DNA of 64,000 nt from Auanema rhodensis. Taxonomy: Eukaryota > Animalia > Nematoda. The translations under genes were made by a program, and so were the position numbers. The DNA lies in contig OZ059894.1 in the NCBI GenBank assembly GCA_964057225.1, positions 124,001 through 188,000 on the forward strand. Reading direction: 5' to 3'. Shown piece by piece: positions 27,301-42,300 of this stretch. Under the pieces are notes generated by a model that searched no databases, had not been told where the DNA came from, and saw only the letters and a list, made by a program, of their open reading frames with translations. The first letter of the stretch is position 1. Each line of letters starts with the position of its first letter.

Positions 27301-30300
27301 ATTTTGAAAACCGCATCTCTTTATCTTTCACGTGAAGCGAGTTACATACCAAGTGCACATCACGTGTACATTTAATTAGCATAAATTAAAGTTCACGTAA
27401 ATTTCAAAGTCATGGTTACCATGCACCAATATCAATAAAAATTTGTTTTTAGACTAATATGGACATGGGGAATCTAATTTTGAAAACCGCATCTCTTTAT
27501 CTTTCACGTGAAGCGAGTTACATACCAAGTGCACATCACGTGTACATTTAATTAGCATAAATTAAAGTTCACGTAAATTTCAAAGTCATGGTTACCATGC
27601 ACCAATATCAATAAAAATTTGTTTTTAGCTTAATATGGACATGGGGAATCTAATTTTGAAAACCGCATCTCTTTATCTTTCACGTGAAGCGAGTTACATA
27701 CCAAGTGCACATCACGTGTACATTTAATTAGCATAAATTAAAGTTCACGTAAATTTCAAAGTCATGGTTACCATGAACCAATATCAATAAAAATTTGTTT
27801 TTAGACTAATATGGACATGGGGAATCTAATTTTGAAAACCGCATCTCTTTATCTTTCACGTGAAGCGAGTTACATACCAAGTGCACAACACGTGTACATT
27901 TAATTAGCATAAATTAAAGTTCACGTAAATTTCAAAGTCATGGTTACCATGCACCAATATCAATAAAAATTTGTTTTTAGACTAATATGGACATGGGGAA
28001 TCTAATTTTGAAAACCGCATCTCTTTATCTTTCACGTGAAGCGAGTTACATACCAAGTGCACATCACGTGTACATTTAATTAGCATAAATTAAAGTTCAC
28101 GTAAATTTCAAAGTCATGGTTACCATGCACCAATATCAATAAAAATTTGTTTTTAGACTAATATGGACATGAGGAATCTAATTTTGAAAACCGCATCTCT
28201 TTATCTTTCACGTGAAGCGAGTTACATACCGAGTGCACATCACGTGTACATTTAATTAGCATAAATTAAAGTTCACGTAAATTTCAAAGTCATGGTTACC
28301 ATGCACCAATATCAATAAAAATTTGTTTTTAGACTAATATGGACATGGGGAATCTAATTTTGAAAACCGCATCTCTTCATCTTTCACGTGAAGCGAGTTA
28401 CATACCAAGTGCACATCACGTGTACATTTAATTAGCATAAATTAAAGTTCACGTAAATTTCAAAGTCATGGTTACCATGCACCAATATCAATAAAAATTT
28501 GTTTTTAGCTTAATATGGACATGGGGAATCTAATTTTGAAAACCGCATCTCTTTATCTTTCACGTGAAGCGAGTTACATACCAAGTGCACATCACGTGTA
28601 CATTTAATTAGCATAAATTAAAGTTCACGTAAATTTCAAAGTCATGGTTACCATGAAGCAATATCAATAAAAATTTGTTTTTAGACTAATATGGACATGG
28701 GGAATCTAATTTTGAAAACCGCATCTCTTTATCTTTCACGTGAAGCGAGTTACATACCAAGTGCACATCACGTGTACATTTAATTAGCATAAATTAAAGT
28801 TCACGTAAAATTCAAAGTCATGGTTACCATGCACCAATATCAATAAAAATTTGTTTTTAGACTAATATGGACATGGGGAATCAAATTTTGAAAACCGCAT
28901 CTCTTTATCTTTTACGTGAAGCGAGTTACATACCAAGTGCACATCACGTGTACATTTAATTAGCATAAATTAAAGTTCACGTAAATTTCAAAGTCATGGT
29001 TACCATGCACCAATATCAATAAAAATTTGTTTTTAGACTAATATGGACATGGGGAATCTAATTTTGAAAACCGCATCTCTTTATCTTTCACGTGAAGCGA
29101 GTTACATACCAAGTGCACATCACGTGTACATTTAATTAGCATAAACTAAAGTTCACGTAAATTTCAAAGTCATGGTTACCATGAACCAATATCAATAAAA
29201 ATTTGTTTTTAGACTAATATGGACATGGGGAATCTAATTTTGAAAACCGCATCTCTTTATCTTTCACGTGAAGCGAGTTACATACCAAGTGCACATCACG
29301 TGTACATTTAATTAGCATAAATTAAAGTTCACGTAAATTTCAAAGTCATGGTTACCATGAAGCAATATCAATAAAAATTTGTTTTTAGACTAATATGGAC
29401 ATGGGGAATCTAATTTTGAAAACCGCATCTCTTTATCTTTCACGTGAAGCGAGTTACATACCAAGTGCACATCACGTGTACATTTAATTAGCATAAATTA
29501 AAGTTCACGTAAAATTCAAAGTCATGGTTACCATGCACCAATATCAATAAAAATTTGTTTTTAGACTAATATGGACATGGGGAATCAAATTTTGAAAACC
29601 GCATCTCTTTATCTTTTACGTGAAGCGAGTTACATACCAAGTGCACATCACGTGTACATTTAATTAGCATAAATTAAAGTTCACGTAAATTTCAAAGTCA
29701 TGGTTACCATGCACCAATATCAATAAAAATTTGTTTTTAGACTAATATGGACATGGGGAATCTGATTTTGAAAACCGCATCTCTTTATCTTTTACGTGAA
29801 GCGAGTTACATACCAAGTGCACATCACGTGTACATTTAATTAGCATAAATTAAAGTTCACGTAAAATTCAAAGTCATGGTTACCATGCACCAATATCAAT
29901 AAAAATTTGTTTTTAGACTAATATGGACATGGGGAATCTAATTTTGAAAACCGCATCTCTTTATCTTTTACGTGAAGCGAGTTACATACCAAGTGCACAT
30001 CACGTGTACATTTAATTAGCATAAATTAAAGTTCACGTAAATTTCAAAGTCATGGTTACCATGAACCAATATCAATAAAAATTTGTTTTTAGACTAATAT
30101 GCACATGGGGAATCTGATTTTGAAAACCGCATCTCTTTATCTTTCACGTGAAGCGAGTTACATACCAAGTGCACATCACGTGTACATTTAATTAGCATAA
30201 ATTAAAGTTCACGTAAAATTCAAAGTCATGGTTACCATGCACCAATATCAATAAAAATTTGTTTTTAGACTAATATGGACATGGGGAATCTAATTTTGAA

Positions 30301-33300
30301 AACCGCATCTCTTTATCTTTTACATGAAGCGAGTTACATACCAAGTGCACATCACGTGTACATTTAATTAGCATAAATTAAAGTTCACGTAAATTTCAAA
30401 GTCATGGTTACCATGAACCAATATCAATAAAAATTTGTTTTTAGACTAATATGGACATGGGGAATCTAATTTTGAAAACCGCATCTCTTTATCTTTTACG
30501 TGAAGCGAGTTACATACCAAGTGCACATCACGTGTACATTTAATTAGCATAAATTAAAGTTCACGTAAAATTCAAAGTCATGGTTACCATGCACCAATAT
30601 CAATAAAAATTTGTTTTTAGACTAATATGGACATGGGGAATCTAATTTTGAAAACCGCATCTCTTTATCTTTTACGTGAAGCGAGTTACATACCAAGTGC
30701 ACATCACGTGTACATTTAATTAGCATAAATTAAAGTTCACGTAAATTTCAAAGTCATGGTTACCATGAACCAATATCAATAAAAATTTGTTTTTAGACTA
30801 ATATGGACATGGGGAATCTGATTTTGAAAACCGCATCTCTTTATCTTTTACGTGAAGCGAGTTACATACCAAGTGCACATCACGTGTACATTTAATTAGC
30901 ATAAATTAAAGTTCACGTAAAATTCAAAGTCATGGTTACCATGCACCAATATGAATAAAAATTTGTTTTTAGACTAATATGGACATGGGGAATCTAATTT
31001 TGAAAACCGCATCTCTTTATCTTCTACGTGAAGCGAGTTACATACCAAGTGCACATCACGTGTACATTTAATTAGCATAAATTAAAGTTCACGTAAATTT
31101 CAAAGTCATGGTTACCATGAACCAATATCAATAAAAATTTGTTTTTAGACTAATATGGACATGGGGAATCTGATTTTGAAAACCGCATCTCTTTATCTTT
31201 CACGTGAAGCGAGTTACATACCAAGTGCACATCACGTGTACATTTAATTAGCATAAATTAAAGTTCACGTAAAATTCAAAGTCATGGTTACCATGCACCA
31301 ATATCAATAAAAATTTGTTTTTAGACTAATATGGACATGGGGAATCTAATTTTGAAAACCGCATCTCTTTATCTTTTACGTGAAGCGAGTTACATACCAA
31401 GTGCACATCACGTGTACATTTAATTAGCATAAATTAAAGTTCACGTAAATTTCAAAGTCATGGTTACCATGAACCAATATCAATAAAAATTTGTTTTTAG
31501 ACTAATATGGACATGGGGAATCTAATTTTGAAAACCGCATCTCTTTATCTTTTACGTGAAGCGAGTTACATACCAAGTGCACATCACGTGTACATTTAAT
31601 TAGCATAAATTAAAGTTCACGTAAATTTCAAAGTCATGGTTACCATGAACCAATATCAATAAAAATTTGTTTTTAGACTAATATGGACATGGGGAATCTG
31701 ATTTTGAAAACCGCATCTCTTTATCTTTCACGTGAAGCGAGTTAAATACCAAGTGCACATCACGTGTACATTTAATTAGCATAAATTAAAGTTCACGTAA
31801 ATTTCAAAGTCATGGTTACCATGAACCAATATCAATAAAAATTTGTTTTTAGACTAATATGGACATGGGGAATCTAATTTTGAAAACCGCATCTCTTTAT
31901 CTTTTACGTGAAGCGAGTTACATACCAAGTGCACATCACGTGTACATTTAATTAGCATAAATTAAAGTTCACGTAAATTTCAAAGTCATGGTTACCATGA
32001 ACCAATATCAATAAAAATTTGTTTTTAGACTAATATGGACATGGGGAATCTAATTTTGAAAACCGCATCTCTTTATCTTTTACGTGAAGCGAGTTACATA
32101 CCAAGTGCACATCACGTGTACATTTAATTAGCATAAATTAAAGTTCACGTAAAATTCAAAGTCATGGTTACCATGCACCAATATCAATAAAAATTTGTTC
32201 TTAGACTAATATGGACATGGGAAATCTAATTTTGAAAACCGCATCTCTTTATCTTTTACGTGAAGCGAGTTACATACCAAGTGCACATCACGTGTACATT
32301 TAATTAGCATAAATTAAAGTTCACGTAAAATTCAAAGTCATGGTTACCATGCACCAATATCAATAAAAATTTGTTTTTAGACTAATATGGACATGGGGAA
32401 TCTAATTTTGAAAACCGCATCTCTTTATCTTTTACGTGAAGCGAGTTACATACCAAGTGCACATCACGTGTACATTTAATTAGCATAAATTAAAGTTCAC
32501 GTAAATTTCAAAGTCATGGTTACCATGAACCAATATCAATAAAAATTTGTTTTTAGACTAATATGGACATATGGAATCTGATTTTGAAAACCGCATCTCT
32601 TTATCTTTCACGTGAAGCGAGTTACATACCAAGTGCACATCACGTGTACATTTAATTAGCATAAATTAAAGTTCACGTAAAATTCAAAGTCATGGTTACC
32701 ATGCACCAATATCAATAAAAATTTGTTTTTAGACTAATATGGACATGGGGAATCTAATTTTGAAAACCGCATCTCTTTATCTTTTACGTGAAGCGAGTTA
32801 CATACCAAGTGCACATCACGTGTACATTTAATTAGCATAAATTAAAGTTCACGTAAATTTCAAAGTCATGGTTACCATGAACCAATATCAATAAAAATTT
32901 GTTTTTAGACTAATATGGACATGGGGAATCTAATTTTGAAAACCGCATCTCTTTATCTTTCACGTGAAGCAAGTTACATACCAAGTGCACATCACGTGTA
33001 CATTTAATTAGCATAAATTAAAGTTCACGTAAATTTCAAAGTCATAGTTACCATGCACCAATATCAATAAAAATTTGTTTTTAGACTAATATGGACATGG
33101 GGAATCTAATTTTGAAAACCGCATCTCTTTATCTTTCACGTGAAGCGAGTTACATACCAAGTGCACATCACGTGTACATTTAATTAGCATAAATTAAAGT
33201 TCACGTAAATTTCAAAGTCATGGTTACCATGCACCAATATCAATAAAAATTTGTTTTTAGACTAATATGGACATGGGGAATCTAATTTTGAAAACCGCAT

Positions 33301-36300
33301 CTCTTTATCTTTCACGTGAAGCGAGTTACATACCAAGCGCACATCACGTGTACATTTAATTAGCATAAATTAAAGTTCACGTAAAATTCAAAGTCATGGT
33401 TACCATGAACCAATATCAATAAAAATTTGTTTTTAGACTAATATGGACATGGGGAATCTAATTTTGAAAACCGCATCTCTTTATCTTTTACGTGAAGCGA
33501 GTTACATACCAAGTGCACATCACGTGTACATTTAATTAGCATAAATTAAAGTTCACGTAAATTTCAAAGTCATGGTTACCATGCACCAATATCAATAAAA
33601 ATTTGTTTTTAGACTAATATGGACATGGGAAATCTAATTTTGAAAACCGCATCTCTTTATCTTTTACGTGAAGCGAGTTACATACCAAGTGCACATCACG
33701 TGTACATTTAATTAGCATAAATTAAAGTTCACGTAAAATTCAAAGTCATGGTTACCATGCACCAATATCAATAAAAATTTGTTTTTAGACTAATATGGAC
33801 ATGGGAAATCTAATTTTGAAAACCGCATCTCTTTATCTTTCACGTGAAGCGAGTTACATACCAAGTGCACATCACGTGTACATTTAATTAGCATAAATTA
33901 AAGTTCACGTAAATTTCAAAGTCATGGTTACCATGAACCAATATCAATAAAAATTTGTTTTTAGACTAATATGGACATGGGGAATCTGATTTTGAAAACC
34001 GCATCTCTTTATCTTTTACGTGAAGCGAGTTACATACCAAGTGCACATCACGTGTACATTTAATTAGCATAAATTAAAGTGCACGTAAATTTCAAAGTCA
34101 TGGTTACCATGAACCAATATCAATAAAAATTTGTTTTTAGACTAATATGGACATGGGGAATCTAATTTTGAAAACCGCATCTCTTTATCTTTCACGTGAA
34201 GCGAGTTACATACCAAGTGCACATCACGTGTACATTTAATTAGCATAAATTAAAGTTCACGTAAATTTCAAAGTCATGGTTACCATGCACCAATATCAAT
34301 AAAAATTTGTTTTTAGACTAATATGGACATGGGGAATCTAATTTTGAAAACCGCATCTCTTTATCTTTCACGTGAAGCGAGTTACATACCAAGTGCACAT
34401 CACGTGTACATTTAATTAGCATAAATTAAAGTTCACGTAAATTTCAAAGTCATGGTTACCATGCAATAATATCAATAAAAATTTGTTTTTAGACTAATAT
34501 GGACATGGGGAATCTAATTTTGAAAACCGCATCTCTTCATCTTTCACGTGAAGCGAGTTACATACCAAGTGCACATCACGTGTACATTTAATTAGCATAA
34601 ATTAAAGTTCACGTAAATTTCAAAGTCATGGTTACCATGCACCAATACCAATAAAAATTTGTTTTTAGACTAATATGGACATGGGGAATCTAATTTTGAA
34701 AACCGCATCTCTTTATCTTTCACGTGAAGCGAGTTACATACCAAGTGCACATCACGTGTACATTTAATTAGCATAAATTAAAGTTCACGTAAATTTCAAA
34801 GTCATGGTTACCAAGAACCAATATCAATAAAAATTTGTTTTTAGACTAATATGGACATGGGGAATCTAATTTTGAAAACCGCATCTCTTTATCTTTCACG
34901 TGAAGCAAGTTACATACCAAGTGCACATCACGTGTACATTTAATTAGCATAAATTAAAGTTCACGTAAATTTCAAAGTCATAGTTACCATGCACCAATAT
35001 CAATAAAAATTTGTTTTTAGACTAATATGGACATGGGGAATCTAATTTTGAAAACCGCATCTCTTTATCTTTCACGTGAAGCGAGTTACATACCAAGTGC
35101 ACATCACGTGTACATTTAATTAGCATAAATTAAAGTTCACGTAAATTTCAAAGTCATGGTTACCATGCACCAATATCAATAAAAATTTGTTTTTAGCTTA
35201 ATATGGACATGGGGAATCTAATTTTGAAAACCGCATCTCTTTATCTTTCACGTGAAGCGAGTTACATACCAAGTGCACATCACGTGTACATTTAATTAGC
35301 ATAAATTAAAGTTCACGTAAATTTCAAAGTCATGGTTACCATGCACCAATATCAATAAAAATTTGTTTTTAGACTAATATGGACATGGGGAATCTAATTT
35401 TGAAAACCGCATCTCTTTATCTTTCACGTGAAGCGAGTTACATACCAAGTGCACATCACGTGTACATTTAATTAGCATAAGTTAAAGTTCACGTAAATTT
35501 CAAAGTCATGGTTACCATGAACCAATATCAATAAAAATTTGTTTTTAGACTAATATGGACATGGGGAATCTAATTTTGAAAACCGCATCTCTTTATCTTT
35601 CACGTGAAGCAAGTTACATACCAAGTGCACATCACGTGTACATTTAATTAGCATAAATTAAAGTTCACGTAAATTTCAAAGTCATAGTTACCATGCACCA
35701 ATATCAATAAAAATTTGTTTTTAGACTAATATGGACATGGGGAATCTAATTTTGAAAACCGCATCTCTTTATCTTTCACGTGAAGCGAGTTACATACCAA
35801 GTGCACATCACGTGTACATTTAATTAGCATAAATTAAAGTTCACGTAAATTTCAAAGTCATGGTTACCATGCACCAATATCAATAAAAATTTGTTTTTAG
35901 CTTAATATGGACATGGGGAATCTAATTTTGAAAACCGCATCTCTTTCTCTTTCACGTGAAGCGAGTTACATACCAAGTGCACATCACGTGTACATTTAAT
36001 TAGCATAAATTAAAGTTCACGTAAATTTCAAAGTCATGGTTACCATGCACCAATATCAATAAAAATTTGTTTTTAGACTAATATGGACATGGGGAATCTA
36101 ATTTTGAAAACCGCATCTCTTTATCTTTCACGTGAAGCGAGTTACATACCAAGTGCACATCACGTGTACATTTAATTAGCATAAATTAAAGTTCACGTAA
36201 ATTTCAAAGTCATGGTTACCATGAACCAATATCAATAAAAATTTGTTTTTAGACTAATATGGACATGGGGAATCTAATTTTGTAAACCGCATCTCTTTAT

Positions 36301-39300
36301 CTTTCACATGAAGCGAGTTACATACCAAGTGCACATCACGTGTACATTTAATTAGCATAAATTAAAGTTCACGTAAATTTCAAAGTCATGGTTACCATGC
36401 ACCAATATCAATAAAAATTTGTTTTTAGCTTAATATGGACATGGGGAATCTAATTTTGAAAACCGCATCTCTTTATCTTTCACGTGAAGCGAGTTACATA
36501 CCAAGTGCACATCACGTGTACATTTAATTAGCATAAATTAAAGTTCACGTAAATTTCAAAGTCATGGTTACCATGCACCAATATCAATAAAAATTTGTTT
36601 TTAGACTAATATGGACATGGCGAATCTAATTTTGAAAACCGCATCTCTTTATCTTTCACGTGAAGCGAGTTACATACCAAGTGCACATCACGTGTACATT
36701 TAATTAGCATAAATTAAAGTTCACGTAAATTTCAAAGTCATGGTTACCACGCACCAATATCAATAAAAATTTGTTTTTAGACTAATATGGACATGGGGAA
36801 TCTAATTTTGAAAACCGCATCTCTTTATCTTTCACGTGAAGCGAGTTACATACCAAGTGCACATCACGTGTACATTTAATTAGCATAAATTAAAGTTCAC
36901 GTAAATTTCAAAGTCATGGTTACCATGCACCAATATCAATAAAAATTTGTTTTTAGACTAATATGGACATGGGGAATCTAATTTTGAAAACCGCATCTCT
37001 TTATCTTTCACGTGAAGCGAGTTACATACCAAGTGCACATCACGTGTACATTTAATTAGCATAAATTAAAGTTCACGTAAATTTCAAAGTCATGGTTACC
37101 ATGAACCAATATCAATAAAAATTTGTTTTTAGACTAATATGGACATGGGGAATCTAATTTTGAAAACCGCATCTCTTTATCTTTCACGTGAAGCAAGTTA
37201 CATACCAAGTGCACATCACGTGTACATTTAATTAGCATAAATTAAAGTTCACGTAAATTTCAAAGTCATAGTTACCATGCACCAATATCAATAAAAATTT
37301 GTTTTTAGACTAATATGGACATGGGGAATCTAATTTTGAAAACCGCATCTCTTTATCTTTCACATGAAGCGAGTTACATACCAAGTGCACATCACGTGTA
37401 CATTTAATTAGCATAAATTAAAGTTCACGTAAATTTCAAAGTCATGGTTACCATGCACCAATATCAATAAAAATTTGTTTTTAGCTTAATATGGACATGG
37501 GGAATCTAATTTTGAAAACCGCATCTCTTTATCTTTCACGTGAAGCGAGTTACATACCAAGTGCACATCACGTGTACATTTAATTAGCATAAATTAAAGT
37601 TCACGTAAATTTCAAAGTCATGGTTACCATGCACCAATATCAATAAAAATTTGTTTTTAGACTAATATGGACATGGCGAATCTAATTTTGAAAACCGCAT
37701 CTCTTTATCTTTCACGTGAAGCGAGTTACATACCAAGTGCACATCACGTGTACATTTAATTAGCATAAATTAAAGTTCACGTAAATTTCAAAGTCATGGT
37801 TACCACGCACCAATATCAATAAAAATTTGTTTTTAGACTAATATGGACATGGGGAATCTAATTTTGAAAACCGCATCTCTTTATCTTTCACGTGAAGCGA
37901 GTTACATACCAAGTGCACATCACGTGTACATTTAATTAGCATAAATTAAAGTTCACGTAAATTTCAAAGTCATGGTTACCATGAACCAATATCAATAAAA
38001 ATTTGTTTTTAGACTAATATGGACAAGGGGAATCTAATTTTGAAAACCGCATCTCTTTATCTTTCACGTGAAGCGAGTTACATACCAAGTGCACATCACG
38101 TGTACATTTAATTAGCATAAATTAAAGTTCACGTAAATTTCAAAGTCATGGTTACCATGCACCAATATCAATAAAAATTTGTTTTTAGACTAATATGGAC
38201 ATGGGGAATCTAATTTTGAAAACCGCATCTCTTTATCTTTCACGTGAAGCGAGTTACATACCAAGTGCACATCACGTGTACATTTAATTAGCATAAATTA
38301 AAGTTCACGTAAATTTCAAAGTCATGGTTACCATGCACCAATATCAATAAAAATTTGTTTTTAGCTTAATATGGACATGGGGAATCTAATTTTGAAAACC
38401 GCATCTCTTTCTCTTTCACGTGAAGCGAGTTACATACCAAGTGCACATCACGTGTACATTTAATTAGCATAAATTAAAGTTCACGTAAATTTCAAAGTCA
38501 TGGTTACCACGCACCAATATCAATAAAAATTTGTTTTTAGACTAATATGGACATGGGGAATCTAATTTTGAAAACCGCATCTCTTTATCTTTCACGTGAA
38601 GCGAGTTACATACCAAGTGCACATCACGTGTACATTTAATTAGCATAAATTAAAGTTCACGTAAATTTCAAAGTCATGGTTACCATGAACCAATATCAAT
38701 AAAAATTTGTTTTTAGACTAATATGGACAAGGGGAATCTAATTTTGAAAACCGCATCTCTTTATCTTTCACGTGAAGCGAGTTACATACCAAGTGCACAT
38801 CACGTGTACATTTAATTAGCATAAATTAAAGTTCACGTAAATTTCAAAGTCATGGTTACCATGCACCAATATCAATAAAAATTTGTTTTTAGACTAATAT
38901 GGACATGGGGAATCTAATTTTGAAAACCGCATCTCTTTATCTTTCACGTGAAGCGAGTTACATACCAAGTGCACATCACGTGTACATTTAATTAGCATAA
39001 ATTAAAGTTCACGTAAATTTCAAAGTCATGGTTACCATGAACCAATATCAATAAAAATTTGTTTTTAGACTAATATGGACATGGGGAATCTAATTTTGAA
39101 AACCGCATCTCTTCATCTTTCACGTGAAGCGAGTTACATACCAAGTGCACATCACGTGTACATTTAATTAGCATAAATTAAAGTTCACGTAAATTTCAAA
39201 GTCATAGTTACCATGCACCAATATCAATAAAAATTTGTTTTTAGACTAATATGGACATGGGGAATCTAATTTTGAAAACCTCATCTCTTAATCTTTCACG

Positions 39301-42300
39301 TGAAGCGAGTTACATACCAAGTGCACATCACGTGTACATTTAATTAGCATAAATTAAAGTTCACGTAAATTTCAAAGTCATAGTTACCATGCACCAATAT
39401 CAATAAAAATTTGTTTTTAGACTAATATGGACATGGGGAATCTAATTCTGAAAACCGCATCTCTTTATCTTTCACGTGAAGCGAGTTACATACCAAGTGC
39501 ACATCACGTGTACATTTAATTAGCATAAATTAAAGTTCACGTAAATTTCAAAGTCATGGTTACCATGCACCAATATCAATAAAAATTTGTTTTTAGCTTA
39601 ATATGGACATGGGGAATCTAATTTTGAAAACCGCATCTCTTTATCTTTCACGTGAAGCGAGTTACATACCAAGTGCACATCACGTGTACATTTAATTAGC
39701 ATAAATTAAAGTTCACGTAAATTTCAAAGTCATGGTTACCATGCACCAATATCAATAAAAATTTGTTTTTAGACTAATATGGACATGGGGAATCTAATTT
39801 TGAAAACCGCATCTCTTTATCTTTCACGTGAAGCGAGTTACATACCAAGTGCACATCACGTGTACATTTAATTAGCATAAATTAAAGTTCACGTAAATTT
39901 CAAAGTCATGGTTACCATGCACCAATATCAATAAAAATTTGTTTTTAGCTTAATATGGACATGGGGAATCTAATTTTGAAAACCGCATCTCTTTATCTTT
40001 CACGTGAAGCGAGTTACATACCAAGTGCACATCACGTGTACATTTAATTAGCATAAATTAAAGTTCACGTAAATTTCAAAGTCATGGTTACCATGAACCA
40101 ATATCAATAAAAATTTGTTTTTAGACTAATATGGACATGGGGAATCTAATTTTGAAAACCGCATCTCTTTATCTTTCACGTGAAGCGAGTTACATACCAA
40201 GTGCACAACACGTGTACATTTAATTAGCATAAATTAAAGTTCACGTAAATTTCAAAGTCATGGTTACCATGCACCAATATCAATAAAAATTTGTTTTTAG
40301 ACTAATATGGACATGGGGAATCTAATTTTGAAAACCGCATCTCTTTATCTTTCACGTGAAGCGAGTTACATACCAAGTGCACATCACGTGTACATTTAAT
40401 TAGCATAAATTAAAGTTCACGTAAATTTCAAAGTCATGGTTACCATGCACCAATATCAATAAAAATTTGTTTTTAGACTAATATGGACATGGGGAATCTA
40501 ATTTTGAAAACCGCATCTCTTCATCTTTCACGTGAAGCGAGTTACATACCAAGTGCACATCACGTGTACATTTAATTAGCATAAATTAAAGTTCACGTAA
40601 ATTTCAAAGTCATGGTTACCATGCACCAATATCAATAAAAATTTGTTTTTAGCTTAATATGGACATGGGGAATCTAATTTTGAAAACCGCATCTCTTTAT
40701 CTTTCACGTGAAGCGAGTTACATACCAAGTGCACATCACGTGTACATTTAATTAGCATAAATTAAAGTTCACGTAAATTTCAAAGTCATGGTTACCATGC
40801 ACCAATATCAATAAAAATTTGTTTTTAGACTAATATGGACATGGGGAATCTAATTTTGAAAACCGCATCTCTTTATCTTTCACGTGAAGCGAGTTACATA
40901 CCAAGTGCACATCACGTGTACATTTAATTAGCATAAATTAAAGTTCACGTAAATTTCAAAGTCATGGTTACCATGCACCAATATCAATAAAAATTTGTTT
41001 TTAGCTTAATATGGACATGGGGAATCTAATTTTGAAAACCGCATCTCTTTATCTTTCACGTGAAGCGAGTTACATACCAAGTGCACATCACGTGTACATT
41101 TAATTAGCATAAATTAAAGTTCACGTAAATTTCAAAGTCATGGTTACCATGAACCAATATCAATAAAAATTTGTTTTTAGACTAATATGGACATGGGGAA
41201 TCTAATTTTGAAAACCGCATCTCTTTATCTTTCACGTGAAGCGAGTTACATACCAAGTGCACAACACGTGTACATTTAATTAGCATAAATTAAAGTTCAC
41301 GTAAATTTCAAAGTCATGGTTACCATGCACCAATATCAATAAAAATTTGTTTTTAGACTAATATGGACATGGGGAATCTAATTTTGAAAACCGCATCTCT
41401 TTATCTTTCACGTGAAGCGAGTTACATACCAAGTGCACATCACGTGTACATTTAATTAGCATAAATTAAAGTTCACGTAAATTTCAAAGTCATGGTTACC
41501 ATGCACCAATATCAATAAAAATTTGTTTTTAGACTAATATGGACATGAGGAATCTAATTTTGAAAACCGCATCTCTTTATCTTTCACGTGAAGCGAGTTA
41601 CATACCAAGTGCACAACACGTGTACATTTAATTAGCATAAATTAAAGTTCACGTAAATTTCAAAGTCATGGTTACCATGCACCAATATCAATAAAAATTT
41701 GTTTTTAGACTAATATGGACATGGGGAATCTAATTTTGAAAACCGCATCTCTTTATCTTTCACGTGAAGCGAGTTACATACCAAGTGCACATCACGTGTA
41801 CATTTAATTAGCATAAATTAAAGTTCACGTAAATTTCAAAGTCATGGTTACCATGAACCAATATCAATAAAAATTTGTTTTTAGACTAATATGGACATGG
41901 GGAATCTAATTTTGAAAACCGCATCTCTTCATCTTTCACGTGAAGCGAGTTACATACCAAGTGCACATCACGTGTACATTTAATTAGCATAAATTAAAGT
42001 TCACGTAAATTTCAAAGTCATAGTTACCATGCACCAATATCAATAAAAATTTGTTTTTAGACTAATATGGACATGGGGAATCTAATTTTGAAAACCTCAT
42101 CTCTTAATCTTTCACGTGAAGCGAGTTACATACCAAGTGCACATCACGTGTACATTTAATTAGCATAAATTAAAGTTCACGTAAATTTCAAAGTCATAGT
42201 TACCATGCACCAATATCAATAAAAATTTGTTTTTAGACTAATATGGACATGGGGAATCTAATTTTGAAAACCGCATCTCTTTATCTTTCACGTGAAGCGA